64,000 nucleotides of DNA from Carboxylicivirga agarovorans (lineage in GTDB: Bacteria; Bacteroidota; Bacteroidia; Bacteroidales; Marinilabiliaceae). The stretch covers positions 77,720 to 141,719 of the forward strand of contig NZ_JBNGPA010000003.1 of the NCBI RefSeq assembly GCF_050589845.1. The letters run 5' to 3'. The notes beneath the pieces were generated by a model that saw nothing but the letters and a program-made list of their open reading frames with translations, was not told where the DNA came from and made no database searches. Position numbers and translations under genes: made by a program. Below, piece by piece: positions 30,128-39,327 of this stretch. Within the stretch, counting starts at the first letter, position 1. Every line of letters begins with the position of its first letter.

Positions 30128-30922
30128 ATGCCACTGGCATTAACCTTTTTTGTTCAATTGACAATCGTTGGTTTCGCTTATCCGGAACCAATAATAACCA
30201 ATCCAAATCCCTCTGTCATGAAGGAATTATTTGAAGCTGCCTTTTCAGGAGTAAACATCATCCCTACAGTACTGTTAATCCTCGTATTATTCTATTGGCT
30301 AATGGTGATCATTGGCGCAATGGATGTTGACTCGGTTGACTTTGATCTGGATGCTGATATTGACGTTGATGTAGATGTGGATGTCGACGTAGATGTGGAT
30401 GCTGATGTAGATGTGGATGCCGACATTGATGGCGCCGATTCTGCAGGAGAAGGCATTGGCTCGATAGCATTCCTAAACTCAATATTGGTCTTTTTTAACC
30501 TTGGTAAGATCCCATTTATGGTATGGCTGAGCTTTCTGATCTTCCCGATGTGGATCATATCCATATTGTTTAACCACTTTATGGGTAACAGCTCATTCTT
30601 ACTGGCATTAGTAGCATTGATACCAAACCTGGTTGTAAGTCTTATGGTTTCAAAAGTTCTTACAACACCCATTGCAGCGCTATTCGCCAGACTTAAAAAG
30701 AACAATGACGACCAGTTTAAATACACAGGTAAAATATGCACTGTGTTGATGCGTGCTACCCGCGATAGGTTTGGCCAGGCAGAAATAAACAGAAATGGCA
30801 ACATCTACCGTGTTAATATTCTTACACATGACGAGGTAATATTGGAAAAAGGCCAGACAGCCCTGATAATAGAATACCTACCCGAAAAGAAGTGTTATTT
30901 AGTCGAACCCTATAAAATTTAA
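30128..30922 (+). CDS. YqiJ/NfeD-like membrane protein with acidic (DV)n tract and C-terminal OB-fold
   Basis: Multiple TM helices. (DV/DA/DI)n tract DADIDVDVDVDVDVDVDADVDVDADIDGAD. C-terminal beta-rich segment (GKICTVLMRATRDRFGQAEINRNGNIYRVNILTHDEVILEKGQTALIIEY) is typical of NfeD-like domains. It lies immediately upstream of a flotillin gene, as in E. coli yqiJK and B. subtilis ydjH-ydjI. Confidence 0.6.
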   Translation: MPLALTFFVQLTIVGFAYPEPIITNPNPSVMKELFEAAFSGVNIIPTVLLILVLFYWLMVIIGAMDVDSVDFDLDADIDVDVDVDVDVDVDADVDVDADIDGADSAGEGIGSIAFLNSILVFFNLGKIPFMVWLSFLIFPMWIISILFNHFMGNSSFLLALVALIPNLVVSLMVSKVLTTPIAALFARLKKNNDDQFKYTGKICTVLMRATRDRFGQAEINRNGNIYRVNILTHDEVILEKGQTALIIEYLPEKKCYLVEPYKI

Positions 30923-30929
30923 AAGCATA

Positions 30930-33071
30930 ATGGAAATGATTCAATCTCTTGGCATAAGTGCCATTGTTTTTCTTGTCATTGTTATTATCGGTATTATATC
31001 GTTAATAATCAAAACTTACCGCAAAGCCACTCAAGGCCAGGCTATGGTGCGTACAGGTGCCGGCGGTGCAAAAGTAACCTTTACCGGTATGTTTGTCATT
31101 CCTATTCTTCACCGCATGGAGATTATGGATATCACCCTTAAAACGGTTGTTATTGAACGTATGGGCAAGGACGGTCTGATCTGTAAAGACAACATGCGGG
31201 CCGATATCAAAGTTGCTTTCTTTGTTCGCGTAAACAAAACCAGCGAAGATGTTATCCAGGTGGCTCAGTCAATTGGCTGTAACAGAGCATCTGATCAAAA
31301 GTCGCTGGTTGAGCTCTTTGACTCTAAATTCTCAGAGGCTCTTAAAACTGTTGGTAAGCAATTTGAGTTCGTTGAGTTATATAACTCACGTGAAAAGTTC
31401 AAGCATGAAATCCTCAATATCATTGGCACAGACCTGAATGGTTACATCCTTGATGACTGTGCCATTGACTTCCTGGAGCAAACGCCTCTCGAGTCATTGT
31501 CTGAAGACAACATCCTGGATTCAGAGGGTATCAAAAAGATTGTGGAGCTTACCGCCAAACAGAAGATCCTTTCTAACCAGATTGAGCGCGACAAGCAAAA
31601 GACAATTACCAAGCAAGATGTTGAGGCGCGTGAAACGGTATTGGAGCTGGAGCGTCAGTTAGCTGAGACAGAAGAAAATCAGAAGCGTGAAGTAGCTAAC
31701 ATCAAAGACCGCCAGGAAGCTGAAGTGAAAAAAGTGGCCGAAGAGCAACGCTTAATCGCTGAAAAAGCGCGCATTGCAACTGAAGAAGAAATCGCAGTGG
31801 CCGAAAAGAATAAGGAGCGCCAGGTTGTTATCGCCGATAAAAACCGTGAACGTGTTGAGGCGGTTGAAACAGAAGCTGTGGAACAAGAGCGTGAGCTTAA
31901 GTTAACAGAGCGTCAGCGCATCGTTACTCTTGCTCAGATTGAGAAGGAGAAGGAAGTGGAGATGCAGAAGAAGCAGATCCAGGAAGTGATTCGTGAGCGC
32001 GTAGAAGTTGAGAAAGCTACTGTTGCCGAGCAGGAAAAAATCAAGGACACGCAGGAGTTCGCTACTGCTGACAGGGCTAAGAAAGTGGCTATCACAAAAG
32101 CGGAAATGGATGCAGAAGAAGCATTTGTACGTGAAATCAAATCGGCCGAGGCTGCTAAAAACGCCGCAGAACACAATGCTAAAACTCGTTTGATTGATGC
32201 TGAAGCAGAGTTTGAGGCTGCCGGTAAGAAAGCCGAAGCCAGCAAAATTATGGCTGAAGCAAAAGCCGCCGAAGAAGCTGCCATCGGAGTTGCTGAAGCA
32301 CAGGTTATCGAAGCCAAGGCTGACGCTATGGAAAAACAAGGCCTTAACGAGGCTAAAGTAATGGAGATGAAAGCAGAGGCAGAAGCTAAAGGCAAAAAAG
32401 CCAAAGCTGTTGCTGAAGCTGAGTCCATTCAGCAAATTGGTTCATCGGAAGCAGAGGTTATCAAAGCTAAAGCGGAAGCCGAAGCGGAACGAGGACAAGC
32501 TGAAAACAAAGTACTGGACGAGCGCAATGCAGTTGAAGCCAAAGGCATTGAAGAGAAAGGTATGGCAATGAAGAAGCTGGATGCTGTTGGTCGCGACCAC
32601 GAAGAGTTTAAGCTGAAATTAGACATGCAAAAAGAGCTTGAGCTGGCACGCATCAATATCCAGAAAGGTATTGCTGACGCTCAGTCACAAGTGATTGCCG
32701 AAGCATTAAAAGCTGCTAACATCGATATCGTTGGTGGAGAAACAATGTTCTTCGATAAGATCATCGGTTCAATTACTCAAGGTAAGCAGGTTGATAAAGT
32801 GGTTAAGAACAGTGAAATCATCAGTGATATTAAGAATCACTTCTTCGATAGTTCTGACGGCAAAAGCTTTAAAGATCAGTTTGCCAGCTTTATCGATCAG
32901 TTTGGCATCTCATCTGAAGATGTGCGCAACCTAAGCATCAGTGCCCTGATAGGCCGTATGATGCAGGAGAACTCCGACGAGAAAACGGGTAGCATGCTTA
33001 GCAGCCTGAACGATATCGCTAAAAGCTTAGGCGTATCAAACAGCACCGCTAAAGCATTGGGCATCGTTTAA
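30930..33071 (+). CDS. flotillin / SPFH (band 7) domain protein, YqiK-like, with long Ala/Glu/Lys-rich coiled coil
   Basis: N-terminal TM helix, then SPFH core (GQAMVRTGAGGAKVTFTGMFVIPILHRMEIMDITLKTVVIER...). Low-complexity EA/KA coiled-coil region. 713 aa. Confidence 0.85.
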   Translation: MEMIQSLGISAIVFLVIVIIGIISLIIKTYRKATQGQAMVRTGAGGAKVTFTGMFVIPILHRMEIMDITLKTVVIERMGKDGLICKDNMRADIKVAFFVRVNKTSEDVIQVAQSIGCNRASDQKSLVELFDSKFSEALKTVGKQFEFVELYNSREKFKHEILNIIGTDLNGYILDDCAIDFLEQTPLESLSEDNILDSEGIKKIVELTAKQKILSNQIERDKQKTITKQDVEARETVLELERQLAETEENQKREVANIKDRQEAEVKKVAEEQRLIAEKARIATEEEIAVAEKNKERQVVIADKNRERVEAVETEAVEQERELKLTERQRIVTLAQIEKEKEVEMQKKQIQEVIRERVEVEKATVAEQEKIKDTQEFATADRAKKVAITKAEMDAEEAFVREIKSAEAAKNAAEHNAKTRLIDAEAEFEAAGKKAEASKIMAEAKAAEEAAIGVAEAQVIEAKADAMEKQGLNEAKVMEMKAEAEAKGKKAKAVAEAESIQQIGSSEAEVIKAKAEAEAERGQAENKVLDERNAVEAKGIEEKGMAMKKLDAVGRDHEEFKLKLDMQKELELARINIQKGIADAQSQVIAEALKAANIDIVGGETMFFDKIIGSITQGKQVDKVVKNSEIISDIKNHFFDSSDGKSFKDQFASFIDQFGISSEDVRNLSISALIGRMMQENSDEKTGSMLSSLNDIAKSLGVSNSTAKALGIV

Positions 33072-33082
33072 AACAAATACAT

Positions 33083-33113
33083 TAACGCTTCCCGGGTCAT
33101 TCGGGAAGCGTTA
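33083..33113 (+). terminator. rho-independent terminator-like hairpin (TAACGCTTCCCG-ggtcatt-CGGGAAGCGTTA) followed by a T-rich tract
   Basis: Perfect 12-bp stem, 7-nt loop, then ttcctacttttctgc. It lies 12 bp after the flotillin stop and 83 bp before the giant ATPase start. Confidence 0.55.
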
Positions 33114-33195
33114 TTCCTACTTTTCTGCAATAGTACAATTTCATATTGCCCCAATTGTCATGCTTTTTTTTCTTCATATCACTAACAATTGATTT

Positions 33196-36100
33196 ATGTC
33201 TGATAATCAAAACACCACAGATAAAAACATACAGCTTGAAGAAGGCACCTACGAAATCATCAAAAACAGATTACGTAAGAGTGCCGGAGAATTAGGTCAA
33301 AGGTTAGAGCAACTCAATACCTCACGTAAAGATGTGTTTGGCTCCATTGAAAGTACACTGGTCGCCACCGATCGTATCGGTACCGAAAACAACTGTACTC
33401 CCGCCGACATGGTTGCCCTGGGTAACACATTGCTTTTTGGTTATAATGTAACCATGGGATTAAAGACTAAAACTTCACTGGACGATGTGTTTAGTGTCTA
33501 CAACTTCAATGAGCACGCCTTTGACCAGAAGAATATGAACATCATTAATGACTCTCAGTTCATTAATGATTTCGACAACCTGTATGAGTATTATAAAGAA
33601 ACGCAGTTTAAGAAATTTGCAACAATCGGTCCTCATCTGTTTATGGTGTTTCAGACGGGGAAAAGTAAAGACGACATAAAAGCATTCAAATGGCTGATCA
33701 AAGGTGATCATTTAGAATATAAAGGCAACAGGAGTACACATGAATTTGTATTTCCCGATCAACATGAATTTAAGTGGGAAAAAGTAACTCGTGAACAGTA
33801 TGTATATGGCGAGCACCCGCATGTCTCCATCGAAGATAAGGTCTTTGTTGAAGCCGTTGGTGGAGATATCACTTTTAAGATAGAGGATAATACGGATTCT
33901 GGTTATGGTATATATGCCGAAGAGGTGGAGGTAAAAGACCAAACCCTTGATGATGCTGAGATGCATTATGCCATCATTGGTAACCTTATCATCATTCGCA
34001 TACTGCCCTATAAAGAGAATGAGTTCAGGTATTTCGTTTACAACTCAAAAATCCAGAAGGTCCAGCGCATCGATGCCCTGGAGGATTCATGCGTTCTTTT
34101 ACCGGATGATCAGGGACTGATCTTTGCCAATGGATATTATTTGCAGAATGGACAATTCAAGCTTTTCGACAGAGACATTAAAGGGTTAATGTTTGAGCGG
34201 AAGCTGGCTTCCATCAACGGAGAGGATTTTCTTTATACTTTTTACAATCAAGATATTGGTGCTTATGTATTGTTGATATACAACTTAATCAATCAACGCG
34301 TTGAAACACCAATGATCTGTAATGGATATTCATTGTTTGACAATGGTGAGTTATGCTACTTTAAAAAGCCCGATGAACCAACCCGTCATCATGTCATCCA
34401 GGTATGGCAAACACCCTTTATGACAGTCGAACACCAGGTGGCACCAACAAATAATTCACGTTTATACAAAATCGGCAATAAGGATGTTGTAAAAGCCATG
34501 GCTGAATGTAACGAAGTCATCCTGCTTGTTAATAAAGATGAGACCTATGCCGACATATACGGAGATCTGGTAAAACGCTGTACCGACGTTATTGACAGCT
34601 ATTACTGGCTATCTGAAGAAGATGCTTTTGATATTAAAACGCCGCTTACTGAAATTAAAGAATCGGCATTTTCGGCCATCGCCGAATATGAAAAAGTCAG
34701 AAACATTCGCAAGAATACCAAAGAACGGATCAAAGAGGTAAGCGACAAGGTTAATGAAATATTCAGCCACATATCCAAGCAGCAAATTGGAGATATTGAC
34801 CGCTACGTCGAATTACTGGCAGCACTGCGAACTGTCAGAGGTGAGGTAATTGGCCTGAAAGAACTGCGTTATGCGGATTTACCATACATCGAAGAACTGG
34901 AGAATAATGTCGAAGAGAAAACCGTTCGTTTATCACAGGATTGCGTCACATTTCTGCTCAGGGATGAAGCCCTTAATTCATACGAGGAAAAAGTCAATAA
35001 CATACGCGAGAATGTAGGCAAAATTGCTAAAGTCAGTGAAGCAGATGATCTATCAGACGAGATAATAAAACTGGCTGGCCAGCTGGAAATGCTTATTGAC
35101 ATAGTGAGCAACCTGAAAATTGAGGATGCCACTCAAACAACACAGATCATTAACAATATATCAGGGGTATATTCACAATTCAACCTGATAAAAACAGACC
35201 TTAAAAAGCAACGTAAAAGCCTGAGGGCTGTTGAAGCCAAAGCTGAATTCAACTCGCAGCTGAAGCTGGTTGAGCAAGGTATGCTAAATTACATCGACCT
35301 TTGCGACTCTCCGGGTAAAACAGATGAGTATTTATCCAAACTCATGGTTCAACTGGAAGAGCTGGAAGGTAAGTTCTCTGATTTTGATGAGTTTATGCCA
35401 ACCATTGCCGAGCGACGCGAGCAGGTCTACAATGCTTTTGAATCCAAAAAGCTTAGCCTGGTTGAGGAACGTAACCGCAAAACCACAGCTCTGCAATCAT
35501 CTGCCGAGCGCATTTTGAAAGCTATACGAAGTCGCGTATCCAAGTTTAAAGAGACCAGCGAGGTAAACGGCTACTTTGCGTCAGATCTGATGATTGAGAA
35601 AGTGCGCGATGTCATTACACAGCTTAAAGAGTTGGATGACAGCGTTAAGGCCGACGACCTGGAGAGTAAATTAAAGTCTTTAAAGGAAGAAACGATACGA
35701 CAGATCAAAGACCGCACTGAGCTGTTTGAGAACGGTGCCAACATCATTAAGTTTGGTAATCACAAGTTCTCTGTCAATACCCAGGCTTTGGAACTTTCAA
35801 TGGTCAATAAAGATGGAAGCATGTTCTACCACCTGACCGGAACAAACTTCTTTGAAGAAGTGAAAGACACAGAGTTTATCGCAACAAAAGATATTTGGAA
35901 CCAGCTCCTGCCCTCTGAAAACAATACTGTTTACAGGGCGGAATACCTGGCCTATGAAATATTCAATGCCTCTAAAAACAAAGCAGAAGGTCACCTGTCG
36001 ATTGCCGACCTGGCCGAATTAGATACAAAAGCCCTGGTAGAGCATGTTCAGAAAATAATGTCCTTGCGTTTTAGCGAAGGCTATTCAAAAGGAGTACATG

Positions 36101-38094
36101 ATATTGATACAGCCATTATCCTGAAACAACTTCTGGATGTATACAAAAATGCCGGCCTGCTTCGCTACCCTGCTGATGCAAGAGCAATGGCAGAGTACTT
36201 CTGGAAAGTATATTGCTCTGAAGATGTGCGATCAGATTTAAATAATAACCTGAAAGGTGCCGGGTTGATCATCAAGGTTTTCCCCGACACACATCAGTTC
36301 GATTATTTGCTGGATACTTTGGTTAAGATGCTTGAAGAATTTCAGGCGGCCGAACAACTATTTAATGAACAGAGCATTGAAGATGCAGCTCATTTCCTTT
36401 TCCACCAGATGCTGGAATCCGATGAATTCATCATCTCCAAGGCAGCCATCAGTCACATGGATGGATTTGTAGCATACTTAAGAAAAAACAGGGCTACAAA
36501 AACTTACGAAGAATCATTAAAGCCTTTATTAAAGGACCATCCCAACGCCTATCGCCTGATCACTAAATGGGTAAAAGCCTATTTGGATATGGAAGGTAAA
36601 CCGGCAGAATACCTGAATGAGATAAGCATCACCCTCTTACTTGATTCTAAATTGCGTAAAAAGCTGATCGATCAGCCTGTGTCATCTGAACTAAAAGGTT
36701 TAAAAGGATCGCATCAGTTGATCAGTGAGAATAAGTACCAGTTCCACTTTAATGCTTTTATGGCTAAGCTGACTGGCTTTAGCCGTTTGGTTGTGCCTAA
36801 GTTTGAGAAGTACAATATACTGAAGAAGCAACTGACAGATTCATTCTCAGAAGAACTGCGCCTGAATGAATTTAAACCCCGTGTATTGTCCTCATTTGTC
36901 AGGAACAAATTAATTGACAAAGTTTATTTTCCACTGATAGGTAATAACCTGGCCAAACAAATAGGTGCTGAGGGAGCCGGCAAACGAACTGATTTAATGG
37001 GCATGCTGTTGCTGATCTCTCCTCCGGGTTATGGTAAAACCACATTAATGGAGTACCTGGCAAGTCGCCTTGGCATCATATTCATGAAGATCAATGGCCC
37101 ATCCATTGGACACACCATTACTTCACTGGATCCTTCTGAAGCTGAAAATGCAGCAGCCAGGGAAGAGCTTGAAAAACTAAACCTGTCTTTTGAGATGGGC
37201 GACAATGTAATGATCTACCTGGATGATATTCAACATTGCAACCCTGAGTTCCTGCAGAAATTTATTTCACTTTGTGATGCACAGAGAAAGGTAGAAGGCG
37301 TATACAAAGGTAAAAGTAAAACCTACGACTTCAGAGGTAAAAAAGTATGCGTGGTAATGGCGGGTAATCCATACACAGAAAGTGGTGAGAAGTTTAAAAT
37401 TCCGGACATGTTAGCCAACAGGGCCGACATCTATAATATTGGTGACATAATCGGAGGGTCTGATGAAGAATTTAAGTTGAGCTACATTGAAAACTCCCTC
37501 ACCTCCAATCCTGTATTGAATAAGTTGGCTTCTAAAAGCCAGAAAGACTTATATACACTTATTTCCATCGCCCAAACAGGCAGTAAAGACGGACTTGAAT
37601 TTGAAGCATCACACACACCGGAGGAAGTCAATGAATATGTGACCGTACTTAAAAAGCTGTTGACAGCGCGTGATGTTATTCTGAAGGTGAACCTGGAATA
37701 TATCTCTTCAGCTGCTCAGGCCGATGAATACAGATCCGAGCCACCGTTTAAATTACAAGGCTCTTACAGGGATATGAATAAGATATCGGAGAAAATTTTG
37801 CCGATCATGAATGATCAGGAACTGGAAACATTGCTTTTGTCTCACTATCGCAATGAAGCACAGACACTGACAAGTGGCGCCGAAGCTAACATTCTTAAAT
37901 TTAAAGAGATATACGGTGTAATCACAGCCGAAGAAACGGAACGCTGGACTGAACTGAAAGAAACCTTTGTCAGAAATAATAAATTGAAGGGAATGGGTAG
38001 CGATAAGCAGGCTGCACATGTTCTGGTTCAGATGGAGGAAATTGCCAAAGGTGTATTCGGCATTAAGGATGAGATTGGTAAGAACAAGAATTAA
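33196..38094 (+). CDS. giant (1632 aa) protein with a single MoxR-type (AAA_5-like) AAA+ ATPase module near the C-terminus
   Basis: Uninterrupted 4.9-kb ORF. Walker A LLLISPPGYGKTTLMEYL. Walker B VMIYLDDIQHC. CVVMAGNPYTESGEKFKIPDMLANRADIY parallels the MoxR motif [23 protein letters not shown]. About 1200 aa of mixed alpha/beta and coiled-coil sequence precede the ATPase with no other P-loop. A degenerate GAEGAGKRT sits just upstream of the true P-loop. Confidence 0.85.
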   Translation: MSDNQNTTDKNIQLEEGTYEIIKNRLRKSAGELGQRLEQLNTSRKDVFGSIESTLVATDRIGTENNCTPADMVALGNTLLFGYNVTMGLKTKTSLDDVFSVYNFNEHAFDQKNMNIINDSQFINDFDNLYEYYKETQFKKFATIGPHLFMVFQTGKSKDDIKAFKWLIKGDHLEYKGNRSTHEFVFPDQHEFKWEKVTREQYVYGEHPHVSIEDKVFVEAVGGDITFKIEDNTDSGYGIYAEEVEVKDQTLDDAEMHYAIIGNLIIIRILPYKENEFRYFVYNSKIQKVQRIDALEDSCVLLPDDQGLIFANGYYLQNGQFKLFDRDIKGLMFERKLASINGEDFLYTFYNQDIGAYVLLIYNLINQRVETPMICNGYSLFDNGELCYFKKPDEPTRHHVIQVWQTPFMTVEHQVAPTNNSRLYKIGNKDVVKAMAECNEVILLVNKDETYADIYGDLVKRCTDVIDSYYWLSEEDAFDIKTPLTEIKESAFSAIAEYEKVRNIRKNTKERIKEVSDKVNEIFSHISKQQIGDIDRYVELLAALRTVRGEVIGLKELRYADLPYIEELENNVEEKTVRLSQDCVTFLLRDEALNSYEEKVNNIRENVGKIAKVSEADDLSDEIIKLAGQLEMLIDIVSNLKIEDATQTTQIINNISGVYSQFNLIKTDLKKQRKSLRAVEAKAEFNSQLKLVEQGMLNYIDLCDSPGKTDEYLSKLMVQLEELEGKFSDFDEFMPTIAERREQVYNAFESKKLSLVEERNRKTTALQSSAERILKAIRSRVSKFKETSEVNGYFASDLMIEKVRDVITQLKELDDSVKADDLESKLKSLKEETIRQIKDRTELFENGANIIKFGNHKFSVNTQALELSMVNKDGSMFYHLTGTNFFEEVKDTEFIATKDIWNQLLPSENNTVYRAEYLAYEIFNASKNKAEGHLSIADLAELDTKALVEHVQKIMSLRFSEGYSKGVHDIDTAIILKQLLDVYKNAGLLRYPADARAMAEYFWKVYCSEDVRSDLNNNLKGAGLIIKVFPDTHQFDYLLDTLVKMLEEFQAAEQLFNEQSIEDAAHFLFHQMLESDEFIISKAAISHMDGFVAYLRKNRATKTYEESLKPLLKDHPNAYRLITKWVKAYLDMEGKPAEYLNEISITLLLDSKLRKKLIDQPVSSELKGLKGSHQLISENKYQFHFNAFMAKLTGFSRLVVPKFEKYNILKKQLTDSFSEELRLNEFKPRVLSSFVRNKLIDKVYFPLIGNNLAKQIGAEGAGKRTDLMGMLLLISPPGYGKTTLMEYLASRLGIIFMKINGPSIGHTITSLDPSEAENAAAREELEKLNLSFEMGDNVMIYLDDIQHCNPEFLQKFISLCDAQRKVEGVYKGKSKTYDFRGKKVCVVMAGNPYTESGEKFKIPDMLANRADIYNIGDIIGGSDEEFKLSYIENSLTSNPVLNKLASKSQKDLYTLISIAQTGSKDGLEFEASHTPEEVNEYVTVLKKLLTARDVILKVNLEYISSAAQADEYRSEPPFKLQGSYRDMNKISEKILPIMNDQELETLLLSHYRNEAQTLTSGAEANILKFKEIYGVITAEETERWTELKETFVRNNKLKGMGSDKQAAHVLVQMEEIAKGVFGIKDEIGKNKN

Positions 38095-38112
38095 CGCAAT
38101 TAAAACAGAACA

Positions 38113-38526
38113 ATGGACTTTAGAAATTACTTTGATTCAGCAGAAGCACAACTGGCTTTATTTATTAAAATGGCCAAAGCAGATGGTGAAATAATACAGG
38201 CAGAAATGATGTTTTTAAAATTACTGGCCCACAAGCTGGAGATTAAAAGCAGTGATTTTGACGCCATATTGGATAACTATGAAAAATATAAGTATTTACC
38301 GCCTGCCAATGAGAAAGAGCGCTTTATGACTCTTTATATTCTTATCCAGATGATGAAAGTGGATCTGTCTATGAAGGAAGAAGAAGTGGAGTTTTGTCTT
38401 GAAATAGGCAAACGCCTTCATATAGATGACAATAAAATGAGAAGTATCATTGAGCTCTCGAAAGAACAGGAGAAGAAGGTAGTAGGCTACGAGGAGATCG
38501 AGAAACTTTTGATGCCTGTTATATAA
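38113..38526 (+). CDS. TerB-like (tellurite-resistance TerB / DjlA-N-like) small helical protein
   Basis: LALFIKMAKADGEIIQAEMMFLKLLAHKLEI and a second helical repeat resemble the TerB domain pattern (IAKADGxxxxxEl..l..lA..Lgl). It starts 18 bp after the giant gene's stop. Confidence 0.45.
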   Translation: MDFRNYFDSAEAQLALFIKMAKADGEIIQAEMMFLKLLAHKLEIKSSDFDAILDNYEKYKYLPPANEKERFMTLYILIQMMKVDLSMKEEEVEFCLEIGKRLHIDDNKMRSIIELSKEQEKKVVGYEEIEKLLMPVI

Positions 38527-38735
38527 GTCCGCTAAACAGCATTCAATTTAAATACTACTCAAGAGGCTGTTCCTGAGATAAAAGAACGGCCTCTGTGAGT
38601 CTTCTTTGGTCAGGCACCTGCCAATAACTTACTTCACTCCTCTTCGTTTTGCACTGGCCTTAATTACATGAGTAAGATTTTATTAATGCTCTTCTTTTTA
38701 TAATTTTACAAAAACACCACTAGCTAATTATTAAT

Positions 38736-39137
38736 ATGAACTGCCCAAGATGCCAGCACCCACTTGCTGTCACACATATTGACGATTGCAAAACAAGCAT
38801 TGAAGTTGACAAATGTCCAAACTGCAAAGGCGTTTGGTTCGATAAGGATGAGCTGAGTCAAATTGAAGGCATCATCGAACCAATGTTTATTGAGATAAGA
38901 GACATACCTGATAAGCAAGAACAGTTTGAAACGCTGCATTGCCCTAAATGTAACAATTCTCCCCGCCTGCAAAAAGCAATTCACCCGCGCGACAGTAAGG
39001 TCGTTATCGATTATTGCCCATATTGCGATGGCATTTGGCTCGACAAGGGTGAACTGGAAGCCATACAACAAGAAAATTTCATTATTACCATAGCAAAGAT
39101 CTTTACCTGCTTAAGTCGTATAAGATCACGTAAGTGA
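38736..39137 (+). CDS. tandem TFIIB-type zinc-ribbon protein, paralog of 8935..9327
   Basis: CPRCQH...CPNCKGVWFDKDELSQI and CPKCNN...CPYCDGIWLDKGELEAI. Roughly half the residues are identical to the 8935 copy along the full length. Confidence 0.7.
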   Translation: MNCPRCQHPLAVTHIDDCKTSIEVDKCPNCKGVWFDKDELSQIEGIIEPMFIEIRDIPDKQEQFETLHCPKCNNSPRLQKAIHPRDSKVVIDYCPYCDGIWLDKGELEAIQQENFIITIAKIFTCLSRIRSRK

Positions 39138-39327
39138 TCAGCTATTTCTCACATTCAGTAAATCCCGGATTTGCGTCTGTTCTCTTTTTTTTGGCAAACT
39201 ACCTTTTGCAGCAGTTAAATATGCCCAATATGCTGACAATCGTTGCATTTTGCAGGACGAAGCCAGGTTGGTCAATTTGTTTTGATACAGGGTTTTATCT
39301 ACATTCGGGTTTATCAAACCTTACAGC

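Noticed and set aside
31249-32934. Numerous short ORFs on both strands inside the flotillin gene (for example 31934..32428, 31902..32435)
   Set aside because: They are artefacts of the GAA/GCT-rich low-complexity coiled-coil coding sequence. Their translations are poly-Ala/Ser/Phe low-complexity.
33196-38094. Giant protein as an SMC/SbcC/Rad50-type DNA repair ATPase
   Set aside because: It has no N-terminal Walker A plus C-terminal Walker B/signature split and no ABC signature motif. The single P-loop module has MoxR/AAA_5-like motifs instead.
7150-39200. The accessory stretch as a recently mobile element (ICE, prophage or transposon)
   Set aside because: There is no integrase, transposase, recombinase, relaxase or phage structural gene anywhere in the window, and it is not flanked by a tRNA. 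Only indirect scars (the receptor stub and the direct repeats) hint at past rearrangement.
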